Origin: an uncultured Anaerolineales bacterium
GTDB lineage: Bacteria; Chloroflexota; Anaerolineae; Anaerolineales; UBA11858
Direction of reading: 5' to 3'
Length of the DNA: 64,000 nt
NCBI GenBank assembly: GCA_964419495.1
Contig: CAYQQX010000008.1
Coordinates: forward strand, 163-64,162
Of the stretch, positions 9,178 through 18,300 are shown one piece after another (the stretch's first letter is position 1; every line of letters begins with the position of its first letter). The notes beneath the pieces are model-generated. The model worked only from the letters and a program-made list of their open reading frames with translations. It was not told where the DNA came from and ran no database searches. A program made the position numbers and the translations under genes.

Positions 9178-9308
9178 GTAATCTCGTCCCCCCCTTTTTT
9201 TGGTAAATCCGATCTTTGGCTGAGCACTTACAACGGTGAAATAGTAGAGAAAAACTTATAAAAATTGTAATAGTCAGGAATAGATTGAACAAACACCAAA
9301 TGAAGTTT

Positions 9309-9347
9309 ATTCTCCTTCTGCCCCCCCAAAAATTCTGGGGGGAGAAT
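9309..9347. repeat. C-run/G-run hairpin repeat
   Basis: attctccttctg-CCCCCCC-aaaaattct-GGGGGG-agaat. It lies in the tadZ-cpaF spacer. Confidence 0.7.
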
Positions 9348-9359
9348 CATAGTTCAGTT

Positions 9360-9385
9360 CCCCCCAAGGTTGGGGGGTTAGGGGG
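9360..9385. repeat. C-run/G-run hairpin repeat
   Basis: CCCCCC-aaggtt-GGGGGG-tta-GGGGG. Confidence 0.7.
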
Positions 9386-9459
9386 CTGATTTGTTTAACC
9401 TTCCATTGACTAATTCAGAAAAAATAAAAATCATACCAATCTGCGTGAATCAGAGTCCT

Positions 9460-10746
9460 ATGAATAACGGAAACCTCCCTACGCTAGAAGACCGTCTGCA
9501 CCGCCTGGCCAGTGAACGCATTCAGGCCCAAGGCAATGGCGCCAGTGCCTCTATCGTGAAAACCGTGGAGCGTGATGCCTTAGCCCGTATGGTGTGGAAA
9601 CTGCTCCAGGATGAAGGCGAGATCCTGACCCGTAAAACGCAGGATGGATTGGTCACTTCAGTCGTCAACCGCATTCTTGGTTTGGGGCCGATTGAGCCTT
9701 ATCTCCACGATCCCGAAGTCACCGAGATTATGGTCAATGCACCGGACGAGATCTTCATCGAACGGGACGGCCGTCTAGAGCAAGTACAGGCCTCCTTTCG
9801 GGATGCCCGCCACATCTTACATGTCATTGAGCGCATCGTGGCACCCTTGGGCCGCAGGGTAGATGAATCCGTCCCCTATGTGGATGCCCGTCTGCCTGAT
9901 GGCTCGCGCGTCAATGCCATCATCCCCCCGCTGGCGTTACGTGCCCCATCATTGACCATCCGGCGATTTTCAGCTACACCATTCACGTTGCAACGCCTGG
10001 TTTCTTTAGATACATTAGATGATCGCATGGCGCGTTTCATCCAGGCTTGTGTGCGCGCCCGTTTGAACATACTCATCTCTGGGGGCACAGGTTCAGGGAA
10101 AACATCCACGCTAAACGCTATGGCACGCTGCATTCCTCACCATGAACGGCTCATTACCATTGAGGACACTGCTGAGTTGCAATTGATCGCTAAGAATCTT
10201 GTTTCTCTGGAAGCACGCCCGCAAAATATCGAAGGCAAGGGGGAAGTTACCATCCGTACACTGGTGCGAAATGCCTTGCGCATGAGACCCGACCGCATCA
10301 TTGTGGGTGAGGTGCGCGGCGCTGAGGCATTCGACATGCTGCAAGCCATGAATACTGGACACCCAGGTTCTCTCACCACTGTGCATGCAAATTCTCCCGA
10401 AGATGCTATCCGGCGTCTGGAGTCAATGATCCTGATGGCTAGCCTGGAACTTCCCCAACCGGCTATCAGAGAGCAGATCGCCAGTGCTATCGATATCATC
10501 TTGCAGCAGGAGCGCTTGCCAGGTGGGCGGCGCAAAATAATTTCGATTGCAGAAGTCGTTAGTGAAGATGGTTCAAGTTGGGGAGAGCTTCAAGTCAAAG
10601 TTCAAGAGATTTTCCGCTTTGAGCGCCAAGGGATGGATGATGAAGGTCTTGCCCTGGGGATATATCAGGCTACTGGATACCAACCCCAAAGTTTGGAAAC
10701 CATTCGTAAAGCGGGCATATCTATCCAGGCTGAATTAGATGAATAG
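9460..10746 (+). CDS. cpaF: CpaF/TadA type II/IV secretion ATPase
   Basis: Motifs: ITEIMVN, Walker A ISGGTGSGKTSTLNA, IVGEVRGAEAFDMLQAMNTGHPGSLTTVHAN. I chose the ATG at 9460 (MNNGNLPTLEDRL) over the TTG at 9391 given by the track. Confidence 0.9.
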   Translation: MNNGNLPTLEDRLHRLASERIQAQGNGASASIVKTVERDALARMVWKLLQDEGEILTRKTQDGLVTSVVNRILGLGPIEPYLHDPEVTEIMVNAPDEIFIERDGRLEQVQASFRDARHILHVIERIVAPLGRRVDESVPYVDARLPDGSRVNAIIPPLALRAPSLTIRRFSATPFTLQRLVSLDTLDDRMARFIQACVRARLNILISGGTGSGKTSTLNAMARCIPHHERLITIEDTAELQLIAKNLVSLEARPQNIEGKGEVTIRTLVRNALRMRPDRIIVGEVRGAEAFDMLQAMNTGHPGSLTTVHANSPEDAIRRLESMILMASLELPQPAIREQIASAIDIILQQERLPGGRRKIISIAEVVSEDGSSWGELQVKVQEIFRFERQGMDDEGLALGIYQATGYQPQSLETIRKAGISIQAELDE

Positions 10747-10766
10747 TTCAACAGTGGTGATATCTA

Positions 10767-10794
10767 CCCCCCCTGACCCTCCAAGATTGGGGGG
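10767..10794. repeat. C-run/G-run hairpin repeat
   Basis: CCCCCCC-tgaccctccaagatt-GGGGGG. It lies in the cpaF-tadB spacer. Confidence 0.65.
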
Positions 10795-10802
10795 AATTTG
10801 CT

Positions 10803-10849
10803 CCCCCAGACTTGTCCTGATCCTGTCGAAGGGATTGGGGGCCGGGGGG
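10803..10849. repeat. C-run/G-run hairpin repeat
   Basis: CCCCC-agacttgtcctgatcctgtcgaagggatt-GGGGG-cc-GGGGGG. Confidence 0.6.
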
Positions 10850-10866
10850 CATAACCAGGGATATCT

Positions 10867-11916
10867 ATGTTTCGTTGGTTAGGGCTGATTGGTTATTTGT
10901 TGGTGATTGCCTTCGCATGGCTGTTCCGCCAGGCTTTGTTCGATATGGCGCGAGAGCACTATGGATTCATTAGCGCACTCGTAGGAGGGCTGACGTTGTT
11001 TATACTCATCGTTCCCTTTATCGAAATAAGGCAAAGTCGCGGTTATGCTCGCGAATGGCGAGATCGTCTGGCAAGAAGAGATGCATTGCCGAAACCTCAA
11101 CCCTGGTGGCAGCGTTTGCGCCACTCTAATGACACGCTGCTGGACCGTTTGCTTGCCCCTATTTTTCGAAATCCAATTGGGCGGGGGCTGATGAGTTATT
11201 GGGCTGATGCCGGTTTTGGCGCGCATCCGGCCATTTTTCTTGTGGCCATTATATTTACTGCTTTGGGTGGATACCTGGTTGGCTATTTATCCACTCGCAG
11301 TGTGCTGTTAGGGGGTTTTGGGGCATTTCTGTCCTTGATTGCCTTGGCAGTATTGACCTTCACGCGAGCCAGACTCCAGCGCAGACGATTTAGCGATCAA
11401 TTTCCCGATGTCCTCGACCGGATAGCAGACTCCCTCCAGGCTGGTTTCTCGTTACCTCAGGCGATTAATTTCGTCATTCCAAATCTCTTTGAGCCCAGTG
11501 CTTCTGAGATGGCCCAGGTATCGGCTCAAATTGCCCTGGGATTTTCTGTGGATGATGCGCTGAGCGAGTTGTATCAACGCCGCCCCAGCGAAGATGTGCG
11601 CCTCTTGGTTGAAGGCCTGACTTTGCAACGCCAGGTTGGCGGGGATATGCCTGCAATGATGCGGGATATGGCCTCCTTTGTCCGCGGGCGGGTTGAGTTG
11701 GAGAATGAAGTGCGCACACTTACATCCCAGGGTCGTCTTTCGGCCATTGTGATTGCGTTATTGGTGCCGGTGTCGATCGGCGTGCTTTCCATGTTTCCGG
11801 GATATGTTGATGTCCTTTTTCAAACAACAGCAGGAAATCTTGTACTGATCGTTGCTGGAATTCTTGAGCTCATTGGTGCGGCGATTGTGGCACGCCTAGT
11901 TCGGGTTGAATATTAA
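10867..11916 (+). CDS. tadB: TadB-like type II secretion system F-family membrane protein
   Basis: A polytopic membrane protein with a cytoplasmic T2SSF-like segment (FPDVLDRIADSLQAGFSLPQAI...LTLQRQVGGDM). It follows cpaF. Confidence 0.8.
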   Translation: MFRWLGLIGYLLVIAFAWLFRQALFDMAREHYGFISALVGGLTLFILIVPFIEIRQSRGYAREWRDRLARRDALPKPQPWWQRLRHSNDTLLDRLLAPIFRNPIGRGLMSYWADAGFGAHPAIFLVAIIFTALGGYLVGYLSTRSVLLGGFGAFLSLIALAVLTFTRARLQRRRFSDQFPDVLDRIADSLQAGFSLPQAINFVIPNLFEPSASEMAQVSAQIALGFSVDDALSELYQRRPSEDVRLLVEGLTLQRQVGGDMPAMMRDMASFVRGRVELENEVRTLTSQGRLSAIVIALLVPVSIGVLSMFPGYVDVLFQTTAGNLVLIVAGILELIGAAIVARLVRVEY

Positions 11917-12129
11917 TTACTCATGTTACGCACATATGGTTAGGTTGCTTTGCTTCCAAGCCCGATTAATCGGGCGTTGATAGATAGCATGGGGATTTCA
12001 TCCCCGTGCGAGTCCGGAGCGGATTTTCGTAACATTCTTGAAATTTTCAACAATCGTCGAATTCGCTTGCCATGGGCGCCCTTTCGGCGAGCGATCACGA
12101 CAATCATGTTGGATGATTAACAGATAACT

Positions 12130-12999
12130 ATGTTCATCAGCATTGCTTTAGCGCTAACACTAGGCGGTTTTGTATTCGTGTTGCTATTATCACTGGATGT
12201 CCTTTTTGACCATCCGGCGAGAATACGAATGCAGCAGATATTTGACCTAATGCCAGAGAAGCGACGATCTTCATGGCAACAAATTTTTCGTACAGCATTG
12301 GGGGCGGTTCGTCCGCCACAATTTCTTGATGCCTGGGTGGGGCAAAAGGAACTGCACTGGGCTGGATTTTCTCTGGATGTTGTAGAGTATCGAGCGCTTT
12401 GGTGGCTGGTGTGCCTCTTTGGTGGCGTAGCAGGCATTTCGGTTGCGGCCGCAAACCAGTGGCGCGGCGTGAGCATGGCATTTGGGTTCATGTTAATGCT
12501 CGCAATTGCTGGAAGTCCCTATCTTTATTTGCGCTGGCGCATACGCCGGCGCACGCGCGCCATTGCTAAAAGTCTCCCGGATTTCATGGATTTGCTCACT
12601 TTTACCGTGCAAGCGGGTCTAGGGTTTACACCAGCCTTGCAGCGGGTTTGCGCCAGGTATCCAGGTCCGCTGGGTGAAGATCTGCGGCGTATTCTGGTTC
12701 AGCTTGAGCTAGGTTTCTCGCGTGCTGAAGCGTTGGATGAATTTGTGCGTCGATCTCCCTCCCCCGAGATCCAAAACTTTGTTGAAGCTGTCAAACTGAC
12801 CGAACAGCTAGGCACTTCCCTGGCTCGTACATTGGGAATTCAGGCCAAGATGATGCGCCTCACTCGCCGACAGCGTGCCCAGGCTGCGGCGCAGACTGCG
12901 CCAATCCGCATCATCCCCGCGCTGGTTTTTTTCTTCTTACCGAGCCTGCTGCTGATTTATCTCGCCCCACCAATCATCAATTTCTTTATGCGTCAATGA
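12130..12999 (+). CDS. tadC: TadC-like type II secretion system F-family membrane protein
   Basis: T2SSF-like segment LPDFMDLLTFTVQAGLGFTPALQRV...AVKLTEQLGTSLARTL plus terminal TM helices. Confidence 0.8.
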   Translation: MFISIALALTLGGFVFVLLLSLDVLFDHPARIRMQQIFDLMPEKRRSSWQQIFRTALGAVRPPQFLDAWVGQKELHWAGFSLDVVEYRALWWLVCLFGGVAGISVAAANQWRGVSMAFGFMLMLAIAGSPYLYLRWRIRRRTRAIAKSLPDFMDLLTFTVQAGLGFTPALQRVCARYPGPLGEDLRRILVQLELGFSRAEALDEFVRRSPSPEIQNFVEAVKLTEQLGTSLARTLGIQAKMMRLTRRQRAQAAAQTAPIRIIPALVFFFLPSLLLIYLAPPIINFFMRQ

Positions 13000-13451
13000 C
13001 TAAGAAAAAGATGCGCGTAAATCTGCGCCAATCCGCGTCCAAAAGAGTAGTTCCCGCTCAGACACTGGTTGAGTTTGCATTAGTACTACCGATTTTGTTG
13101 CTGCTTATGGTAGCCCTGATTGATTTCGGCGTGATTATGCACGCCCAAATTGTAGTTACCAATGCAGCTTGGGAAGGCGCGCGGGCTGGGGCTACGATTG
13201 TCAACCCTAAACAGGGGGATGAGGAAATCATCGGCGCAATCCACCGGGCTTCTTATGGACTCAACCTGGATAATCTTGAGATCGATATTGATCCAGAACA
13301 AGATGAAGCCCCTCGCAACCAGCCCTTCCCCGCGCCGCGCGGCGAACCCCTGACGGTAACTGTTTTATACGATATTCAACTCGCCTTCCCCAGTATCAAC
13401 TTCCCTGTTTCAGGCAAAGCTGTCACCATGATGGAGTACCAAAACCCATGA
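12996..13451 (+). CDS. tadE: TadE-like pseudopilin/pilus assembly protein
   Basis: TadE-type N-terminus AQTLVEFALVLPILLLLMVALIDFG. It overlaps tadC by 4 nt. The true start may be an internal ATG. Confidence 0.75.
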   Translation: MTKKKMRVNLRQSASKRVVPAQTLVEFALVLPILLLLMVALIDFGVIMHAQIVVTNAAWEGARAGATIVNPKQGDEEIIGAIHRASYGLNLDNLEIDIDPEQDEAPRNQPFPAPRGEPLTVTVLYDIQLAFPSINFPVSGKAVTMMEYQNP

Positions 13452-14047
13452 ACTTAGAACAACGTGGCCAGATCCTGATTGTGGTTGCCATATTATTATT
13501 GGTGGTCTTGTTTTTTTTGGCTGTGATCATCGATGGGGCGCGTTTGATGGTTGAAAAACATGAATTGAATCGCGCAGCCGATGCCGCTGCCAGGGCGGGG
13601 TTAGGGGTTGTTGGCGACCGTATGGTTACGCAAGTGGTGGTTGCCCAAACAGCCGCAGCCCTAAATCTGTGTACGCCAATTCCTGAGCATAATCTGCTAA
13701 CACCTGAGTATGTACCTCCTCCACCATGTACACCGACACCCATGCCCAGCGATTTCTATGCCTGGCTCAAGGATTACCACCGAGCCACCCTGGTTTCACC
13801 AGCCTTGCAGACATCGGTAGCTAGCCAGGTTCAGGCTTATGCCGAGAACAACAACATGGGGTTATCCAACCCTGCTGTGGTTGAGTTGGAAGTAGAATAC
13901 CCAGACGAGTATCACATCAAAGATCGTGACTTAAATATACTCGTTCGCATCCGACGTCAGGTGGTTGTCATATTTGCCGGCTTGTTGGGACTCGATCAGG
14001 GGGAGTTATCAGGCGATACCAAACAGAGTATCCCACAGAGGAAATGA
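13448..14047 (+). CDS. tadG: TadG/TadE-G-like pilus assembly protein
   Basis: N-terminus RGQILIVVAILLLVVLFFLAVIIDGARLMVEKHELNRAADAAARAG, the putative Flp pilus-assembly TadE/G-like pattern. It overlaps the preceding gene by 4 nt. Confidence 0.7.
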   Translation: MNLEQRGQILIVVAILLLVVLFFLAVIIDGARLMVEKHELNRAADAAARAGLGVVGDRMVTQVVVAQTAAALNLCTPIPEHNLLTPEYVPPPPCTPTPMPSDFYAWLKDYHRATLVSPALQTSVASQVQAYAENNNMGLSNPAVVELEVEYPDEYHIKDRDLNILVRIRRQVVVIFAGLLGLDQGELSGDTKQSIPQRK

Positions 14048-14048
14048 A

Positions 14049-14654
14049 ATGACTTTCATCAAGTTCGTAGTTCGCTGTTTGCCCATTCTATTTCTCGCAG
14101 CTTTGCTTGCGATGTTAGGCCATCATCTGGGAAAACATATCCCCTTGGATTTGTGGTATCTGCCCGCAATCATCGCACTGGTCTTGTTTATTAGTTTGCA
14201 GATATTTAAACGGGTTGCACCCTTGAATTTGATTCTCTTGTTGATTCTAGCCTTATCGGCAGGAGCTTTGTTGAACTGGTTTGATCTTGGAAGTAGCGGC
14301 TGGTTCCCATGGGTAGTACTGACATTGGGGTTAGTATCCTCACTGGCTTGGGGATACGGACTGGGAATTCGCCTTGGTTGGCTTGGGAATTTGCTTTATC
14401 TATTTTCGATTGTATACCTTTTGGGTTGGGTGCTCTTGTATTTCATCCCCCAAATCGAGACCTGGACATTGGCCTGGGCGCTAATTGGTTTATTTGTTTT
14501 TATGGGGTTAGTTACTCACATTGTTACAGAAGCGCGTTATTCTAGTGAGAATAAAACGGCAGTTCCTTTGGTTAGTGAATTGTTTGTTTTATTCTTTAAC
14601 TTATTTTGGGTCGGTTTACTCATTGAAGAAATGATTCGAAACTATATTTCATAA
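14049..14654 (+). CDS. polytopic membrane protein (possibly Bax-inhibitor-1/YccA-like)
   Basis: I chose the ATG at 14049 (MTFIKFVV..), just after the tadG stop, over the overlapping upstream start at 13965. It has about 6-7 hydrophobic helices. The family call is tentative. Confidence 0.55.
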   Translation: MTFIKFVVRCLPILFLAALLAMLGHHLGKHIPLDLWYLPAIIALVLFISLQIFKRVAPLNLILLLILALSAGALLNWFDLGSSGWFPWVVLTLGLVSSLAWGYGLGIRLGWLGNLLYLFSIVYLLGWVLLYFIPQIETWTLAWALIGLFVFMGLVTHIVTEARYSSENKTAVPLVSELFVLFFNLFWVGLLIEEMIRNYIS

Positions 14655-14677
14655 GCAATTTCCATGAAGGATGCCAA

Positions 14678-14914
14678 ATGTTTGATGTCATTGTCACCAT
14701 CGTTTTAATCCTTTTTCCACTTTTAATGTCAATAAAAGTCGTTCAAACCTATCGAAAGACAAATTGGATGTGGAGTCTGTTGCCTATTCCTTTTTTCTTA
14801 CTTACTGCTTTTGCCTTTGTTATCGATTGGGTAGATGGGTTTTATTTGCTCGTGTTTGGTTTTATTATCCGTCTAATTGTGGGGTTGATTAATAAGAAGA
14901 GAACTTCACAATAA
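14678..14914 (+). CDS. small membrane protein (78 aa)
   Basis: It has three hydrophobic segments and AAGGA upstream. I recognise no family. Confidence 0.45.
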   Translation: MFDVIVTIVLILFPLLMSIKVVQTYRKTNWMWSLLPIPFFLLTAFAFVIDWVDGFYLLVFGFIIRLIVGLINKKRTSQ

Positions 14915-14967
14915 ATTCAACCTCATATGGGATTTTCCCGAGTAAGTTGTGCTACAATACAATCGCT

Positions 14968-15435
14968 ATGCAGGATCAAAAACCATCTCGGAATCCCGTT
15001 ACCAAGCAAACTTATCGTAAGGAAACTTTCTGGCAGATCACCTTTCCATTGATTTTGGGATTGATCGTTATTGTAGGATTGGCCGTATGGACTGTAATTG
15101 TTGCATCTGGTGGAGGAAATGTCAGCCAGGCTGCTGATGCGTCATTGATCTTCTTGATCATACCTACTTTTGTGATGGCCTTCATCCTTCTGGCAGTGTT
15201 AATCGGCCTGGTTTATGGGATGTACAGCCTCCTGAAGTGGCTGCCGCCGAAATTCTTCACCCTACAGGGCTTTTTCTATCGCATCCAGGATCGTGTCCAG
15301 AAGGCCGCTGATAAGGCCGTCGAGCCGGCTTTGAGGGTGAAGAGTGCCGGCGCTGGCTGGCAAAGGGTAAAAAACGAATTCGTTCCCCGAAAAACAAACA
15401 TTGATATTCCTGGTGAAGGATCTCATGAGTTATGA
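14968..15435 (+). CDS. membrane protein (155 aa)
   Basis: ATG at 14968 (MQDQKPSRNP). It has two long TM helices. Confidence 0.55.
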   Translation: MQDQKPSRNPVTKQTYRKETFWQITFPLILGLIVIVGLAVWTVIVASGGGNVSQAADASLIFLIIPTFVMAFILLAVLIGLVYGMYSLLKWLPPKFFTLQGFFYRIQDRVQKAADKAVEPALRVKSAGAGWQRVKNEFVPRKTNIDIPGEGSHEL

Positions 15436-15647
15436 CAACCTCAAATCAACAAATTCCATCTGATAATAACTGGAAAACCAAAATCTTGATTGTCGGGGCC
15501 ATCATTGGTGCCCTGACCGGTCTAGGAACCGCCTATCTGCTCATTCAACGCGCCGACGAAGAAGAGGGACTCAAGATGTCTGCTGGGGATGGTGCCAAGT
15601 TGGGTGTCTCTGTATTCAGCTTCCTGCGCCAGATTTCCCAGATGTAG
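15432..15647 (+). CDS. small membrane protein (71 aa)
   Basis: It overlaps the previous gene by 4 nt. It has a single TM helix (ILIVGAIIGALTGLGTAYLLI). Confidence 0.5.
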   Translation: MTTSNQQIPSDNNWKTKILIVGAIIGALTGLGTAYLLIQRADEEEGLKMSAGDGAKLGVSVFSFLRQISQM

Positions 15648-15658
15648 AGGCGATTTCA

Positions 15659-16000
15659 ATGCGTTCCCTGGCTGAATTGAATGCCGAAGCGTATCGAAAA
15701 GGGGAACCGCCGTTATCAGATATCGAAATCAAGGAACTGGGTTCACTCATTCCCGATTGGGATGTCAATGAAGTTGATGGTATCAAGCGATTGGAACGCG
15801 TCTTCAAATTCAAGAACTTTGTCCAGGCAATTGCGTTTACCAACAAAGTGGGGGAATTGGCCGAAGAATACGATCACCATCCGGCGCTGCTGACAGAATG
15901 GGGACGTGTCAAAGTCACCTGGTGGACGCATTTCGTCAAAGGCCTGCATCGCAACGATTTCATCATGGCCGCGAAAACAGAGCAGTTGTTCAAAGCGTGA
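15659..16000 (+). CDS. phhB: 4a-hydroxytetrahydrobiopterin (pterin-4a-carbinolamine) dehydratase
   Basis: F.F.NF..A..F.N.V...AE...HHP....W..V.V.W.TH pattern: FKFKNFVQAIAFTNKVGELAEEYDHHPALLTEWGRVKVTWWTH. Confidence 0.85.
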   Translation: MRSLAELNAEAYRKGEPPLSDIEIKELGSLIPDWDVNEVDGIKRLERVFKFKNFVQAIAFTNKVGELAEEYDHHPALLTEWGRVKVTWWTHFVKGLHRNDFIMAAKTEQLFKA

Positions 16001-16059
16001 AATTTCCATAACTTCTGGTGTACTTGACCCCCAATAGAATTTCCTAAAGAGTCTTTACA

Positions 16060-17016
16060 ATGATTTCTTCTTTTAAATCTAAGTTCGGATTAATACTGTT
16101 AAGTACGATTATCTCTGCTATTCTATTTATTGGAGCATTTGAGTTGGTTAATTCACTGCTCTATTATCGTTGGAAATCAGATTTCGATAATCAGGGATGG
16201 TTTGGCAAGATTACTATTCCCTCACCAAATCCAATATTGATGTGGGAATACCGCCCCTATGGGGAGAATGAAGGGATTAAAACCAATCGATATGGATTTA
16301 GAGATTACGATTACGAATCGACTACAAAACCAGAGGATACGTTACGTATCGCTTTTGCGGGTGACTCAGTTACTTTGGGGTTAGGTGTTGATTTTGATGA
16401 CACCTTTGTTCAGCGGTTTAATATGGAAGCAGGTAAATTAGGATTAGCCTACACAGTTCAAGGTCTCAATTTTGGCATTGATGGTTATAACACTCCCCAA
16501 ATTTACGAAATGATAAGGACAAAGGTAGTGGAGTTTTCTCCTGACAATGTGGTCTATGTCATGTGCATGAATGATTTTGATTTCACCCAAGCCTCTGGTG
16601 ACAAAATCCTTTATTTCCAAAAACCTAAGAGCTTCTTCTTAAATATTGCAGAAAAAGCGTATCGCAAAGTAATTGGGGGCGATTTCCATGAATACTTTTT
16701 CAATAAAAATAAAGATGTTGTTTTCGAAAAGATTCTTAATATGCAAGCTGACTTAGCACTTCAAGGGATTGATTTTCAAGTAGTTTTGCTGCCAATTTTT
16801 TCGGGCACCTTTCAGTCCTATCCTCTGGAAGATATGAACAGGGAAATTGCTTTATTTCTTGAGGAGAATGATATTGACTATCTCAATTTACTTGAGGCCT
16901 TTAGGGAAACGGGCAATTTACCAACAGCTTATGCTTCTGGGGTGTGGCATCCAGACCCTCCAGGATATCAGTTTATCGCTGAGCAGCTAATATCATGGAT
17001 TCTGATGGGTGAGTGA
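16060..17016 (+). CDS. SGNH/GDSL-family hydrolase with an N-terminal membrane anchor
   Basis: Block I IAFAGDSVTLGLGV and a late WHPDPPGY block. The gene is AT-rich. Confidence 0.65.
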   Translation: MISSFKSKFGLILLSTIISAILFIGAFELVNSLLYYRWKSDFDNQGWFGKITIPSPNPILMWEYRPYGENEGIKTNRYGFRDYDYESTTKPEDTLRIAFAGDSVTLGLGVDFDDTFVQRFNMEAGKLGLAYTVQGLNFGIDGYNTPQIYEMIRTKVVEFSPDNVVYVMCMNDFDFTQASGDKILYFQKPKSFFLNIAEKAYRKVIGGDFHEYFFNKNKDVVFEKILNMQADLALQGIDFQVVLLPIFSGTFQSYPLEDMNREIALFLEENDIDYLNLLEAFRETGNLPTAYASGVWHPDPPGYQFIAEQLISWILMGE

Positions 17017-17050
17017 TCGGTGCATGTTGTGAAAGGAGTATCTTAGAAAA

Positions 17051-17695
17051 ATGATGTTTCTGCGAATCCTAACTATTCTTCTTGCTATCCCCTTAACACT
17101 CTTACTTTTTCATACCATTATCCGCATTATTCGTCATTTCTACAAATTCCCCATGCCCCAATGGATGGCTAACGCCATCGACAACCCTTTGCGCCGAAAA
17201 ATTCAACCCCCCGATGAAACCGCTTTTCGTCACGGTATCGAACCGGGAATGCGCGTGCTGGAAGTCGGCCCGGGAAACGGCACTTACACGATGGCAGCAG
17301 CCCGCCGTCTTGGCCCTGAGGGAGCGTTGGTCACCATCGATATCGAGCCCAAGATGATCGAGCGTGTCCAGCTCCGGATCGGGGCTGATAGAGTCACCAA
17401 CATCGATGCCCGAGTGGCAGACGCCTATGATCTACCCTTCGATGATGACAGCTTTGACCTGGTGTATATGATCACCGTGATCAACGAAATCCCCGATATC
17501 CCCCGGGCCTTGAGAGAATTCCATCGCGTGTTGAAACCCACGGGGACGCTGGTTTTTAGCGAGTTATTAATAGACCCCGACTATCCTCGGGCAGCGACTC
17601 TCACGCGCAAAGTAGAAGTGCAGAACTTTCGTTTGAAAGAGAAGATTGGAAACATTTTCTACTATACGCTAATTTTTGAGAAAGCACAAAAATAA
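17051..17695 (+). CDS. class I SAM-dependent methyltransferase
   Basis: Motif I VLEVGPGNGTYT. Motif post-I/II DSFDLVYMITVINEIPD..VLKPTGTLVF. Confidence 0.8.
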   Translation: MMFLRILTILLAIPLTLLLFHTIIRIIRHFYKFPMPQWMANAIDNPLRRKIQPPDETAFRHGIEPGMRVLEVGPGNGTYTMAAARRLGPEGALVTIDIEPKMIERVQLRIGADRVTNIDARVADAYDLPFDDDSFDLVYMITVINEIPDIPRALREFHRVLKPTGTLVFSELLIDPDYPRAATLTRKVEVQNFRLKEKIGNIFYYTLIFEKAQK

Positions 17696-17893
17696 TTCGG
17701 AGATGATTGCTACTTAATTTAGGAAATGAGCTGTTTTGGTTGTCCAAAGTTAGCTAACGCGCCTTGTGCGAATACAAGGATAAACTCCCTTCCCTCATCC
17801 ACCCAAATTTGAAAATCAACAAAATCGTGAGTGTCTTTGGTACAATCTTTGGTTATTGGTGACAATTTTTTTATTGGTATCGGGAGTGTAAAA

Positions 17894-18205
17894 ATGGCAA
17901 AAGCGGAAATTTTCGCCGGGAATTGTGGGTTTAGAACACAGGTTGAAGCTAACATGGATGGTGCCATGTGCAGCATTCACATTGCGAGTGAGTGTCAGGC
18001 GATTAATCGTCTGGCAGAAGAATTAACCCAGGTTGAGCCTTATCAAGAAATCTCTTTCCGTCGGAATATGCCAAAAATCTATGAGATGGGCATGAAGCAT
18101 TGTACGCACTCAGCCTGTCCAGTACCTTCTGGGATTATAAAGGCTGTTGAGATAGAAGCTGGTCTTGCTCTCCCTACGGATGTGACCATTAAATTGGAAA
18201 GATAG
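17894..18205 (+). CDS. small Cys-containing hypothetical protein (103 aa)
   Basis: The ATG at 17894 is preceded by GGGAG. Product: MAKAEIFAGNCGFRTQVEA..CTHSACPVPSGIIKAVEIEAGLALP. I cannot name a family. Confidence 0.5.
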   Translation: MAKAEIFAGNCGFRTQVEANMDGAMCSIHIASECQAINRLAEELTQVEPYQEISFRRNMPKIYEMGMKHCTHSACPVPSGIIKAVEIEAGLALPTDVTIKLER

Positions 18206-18300
18206 GTGAGTTTGAACTGCACTTGCGGTGGGGTGAGTTTAATCCCGTAGCTGCCGAAGATGTGTACTCGATGGTTCTGCTCTGATAAATGGAGGACAAA

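Noticed and set aside
7102-12129. A hidden Flp pilin gene in the tad-region spacers.
   Set aside because: I translated the spacers in all frames. Only very short peptides appear (e.g. MKFILLLPPQKFWGENH at 9301), and these derive from the C/G hairpin repeats. None has a Flp-type leader or hydrophobic core.
17719-17976. An 85-aa minus-strand ORF overlapping the start of the small Cys-protein gene.
   Set aside because: It has no RBS and no recognisable motif. It overlaps a plus-strand ORF that has a good GGGAG-ATG start. It is probably spurious.
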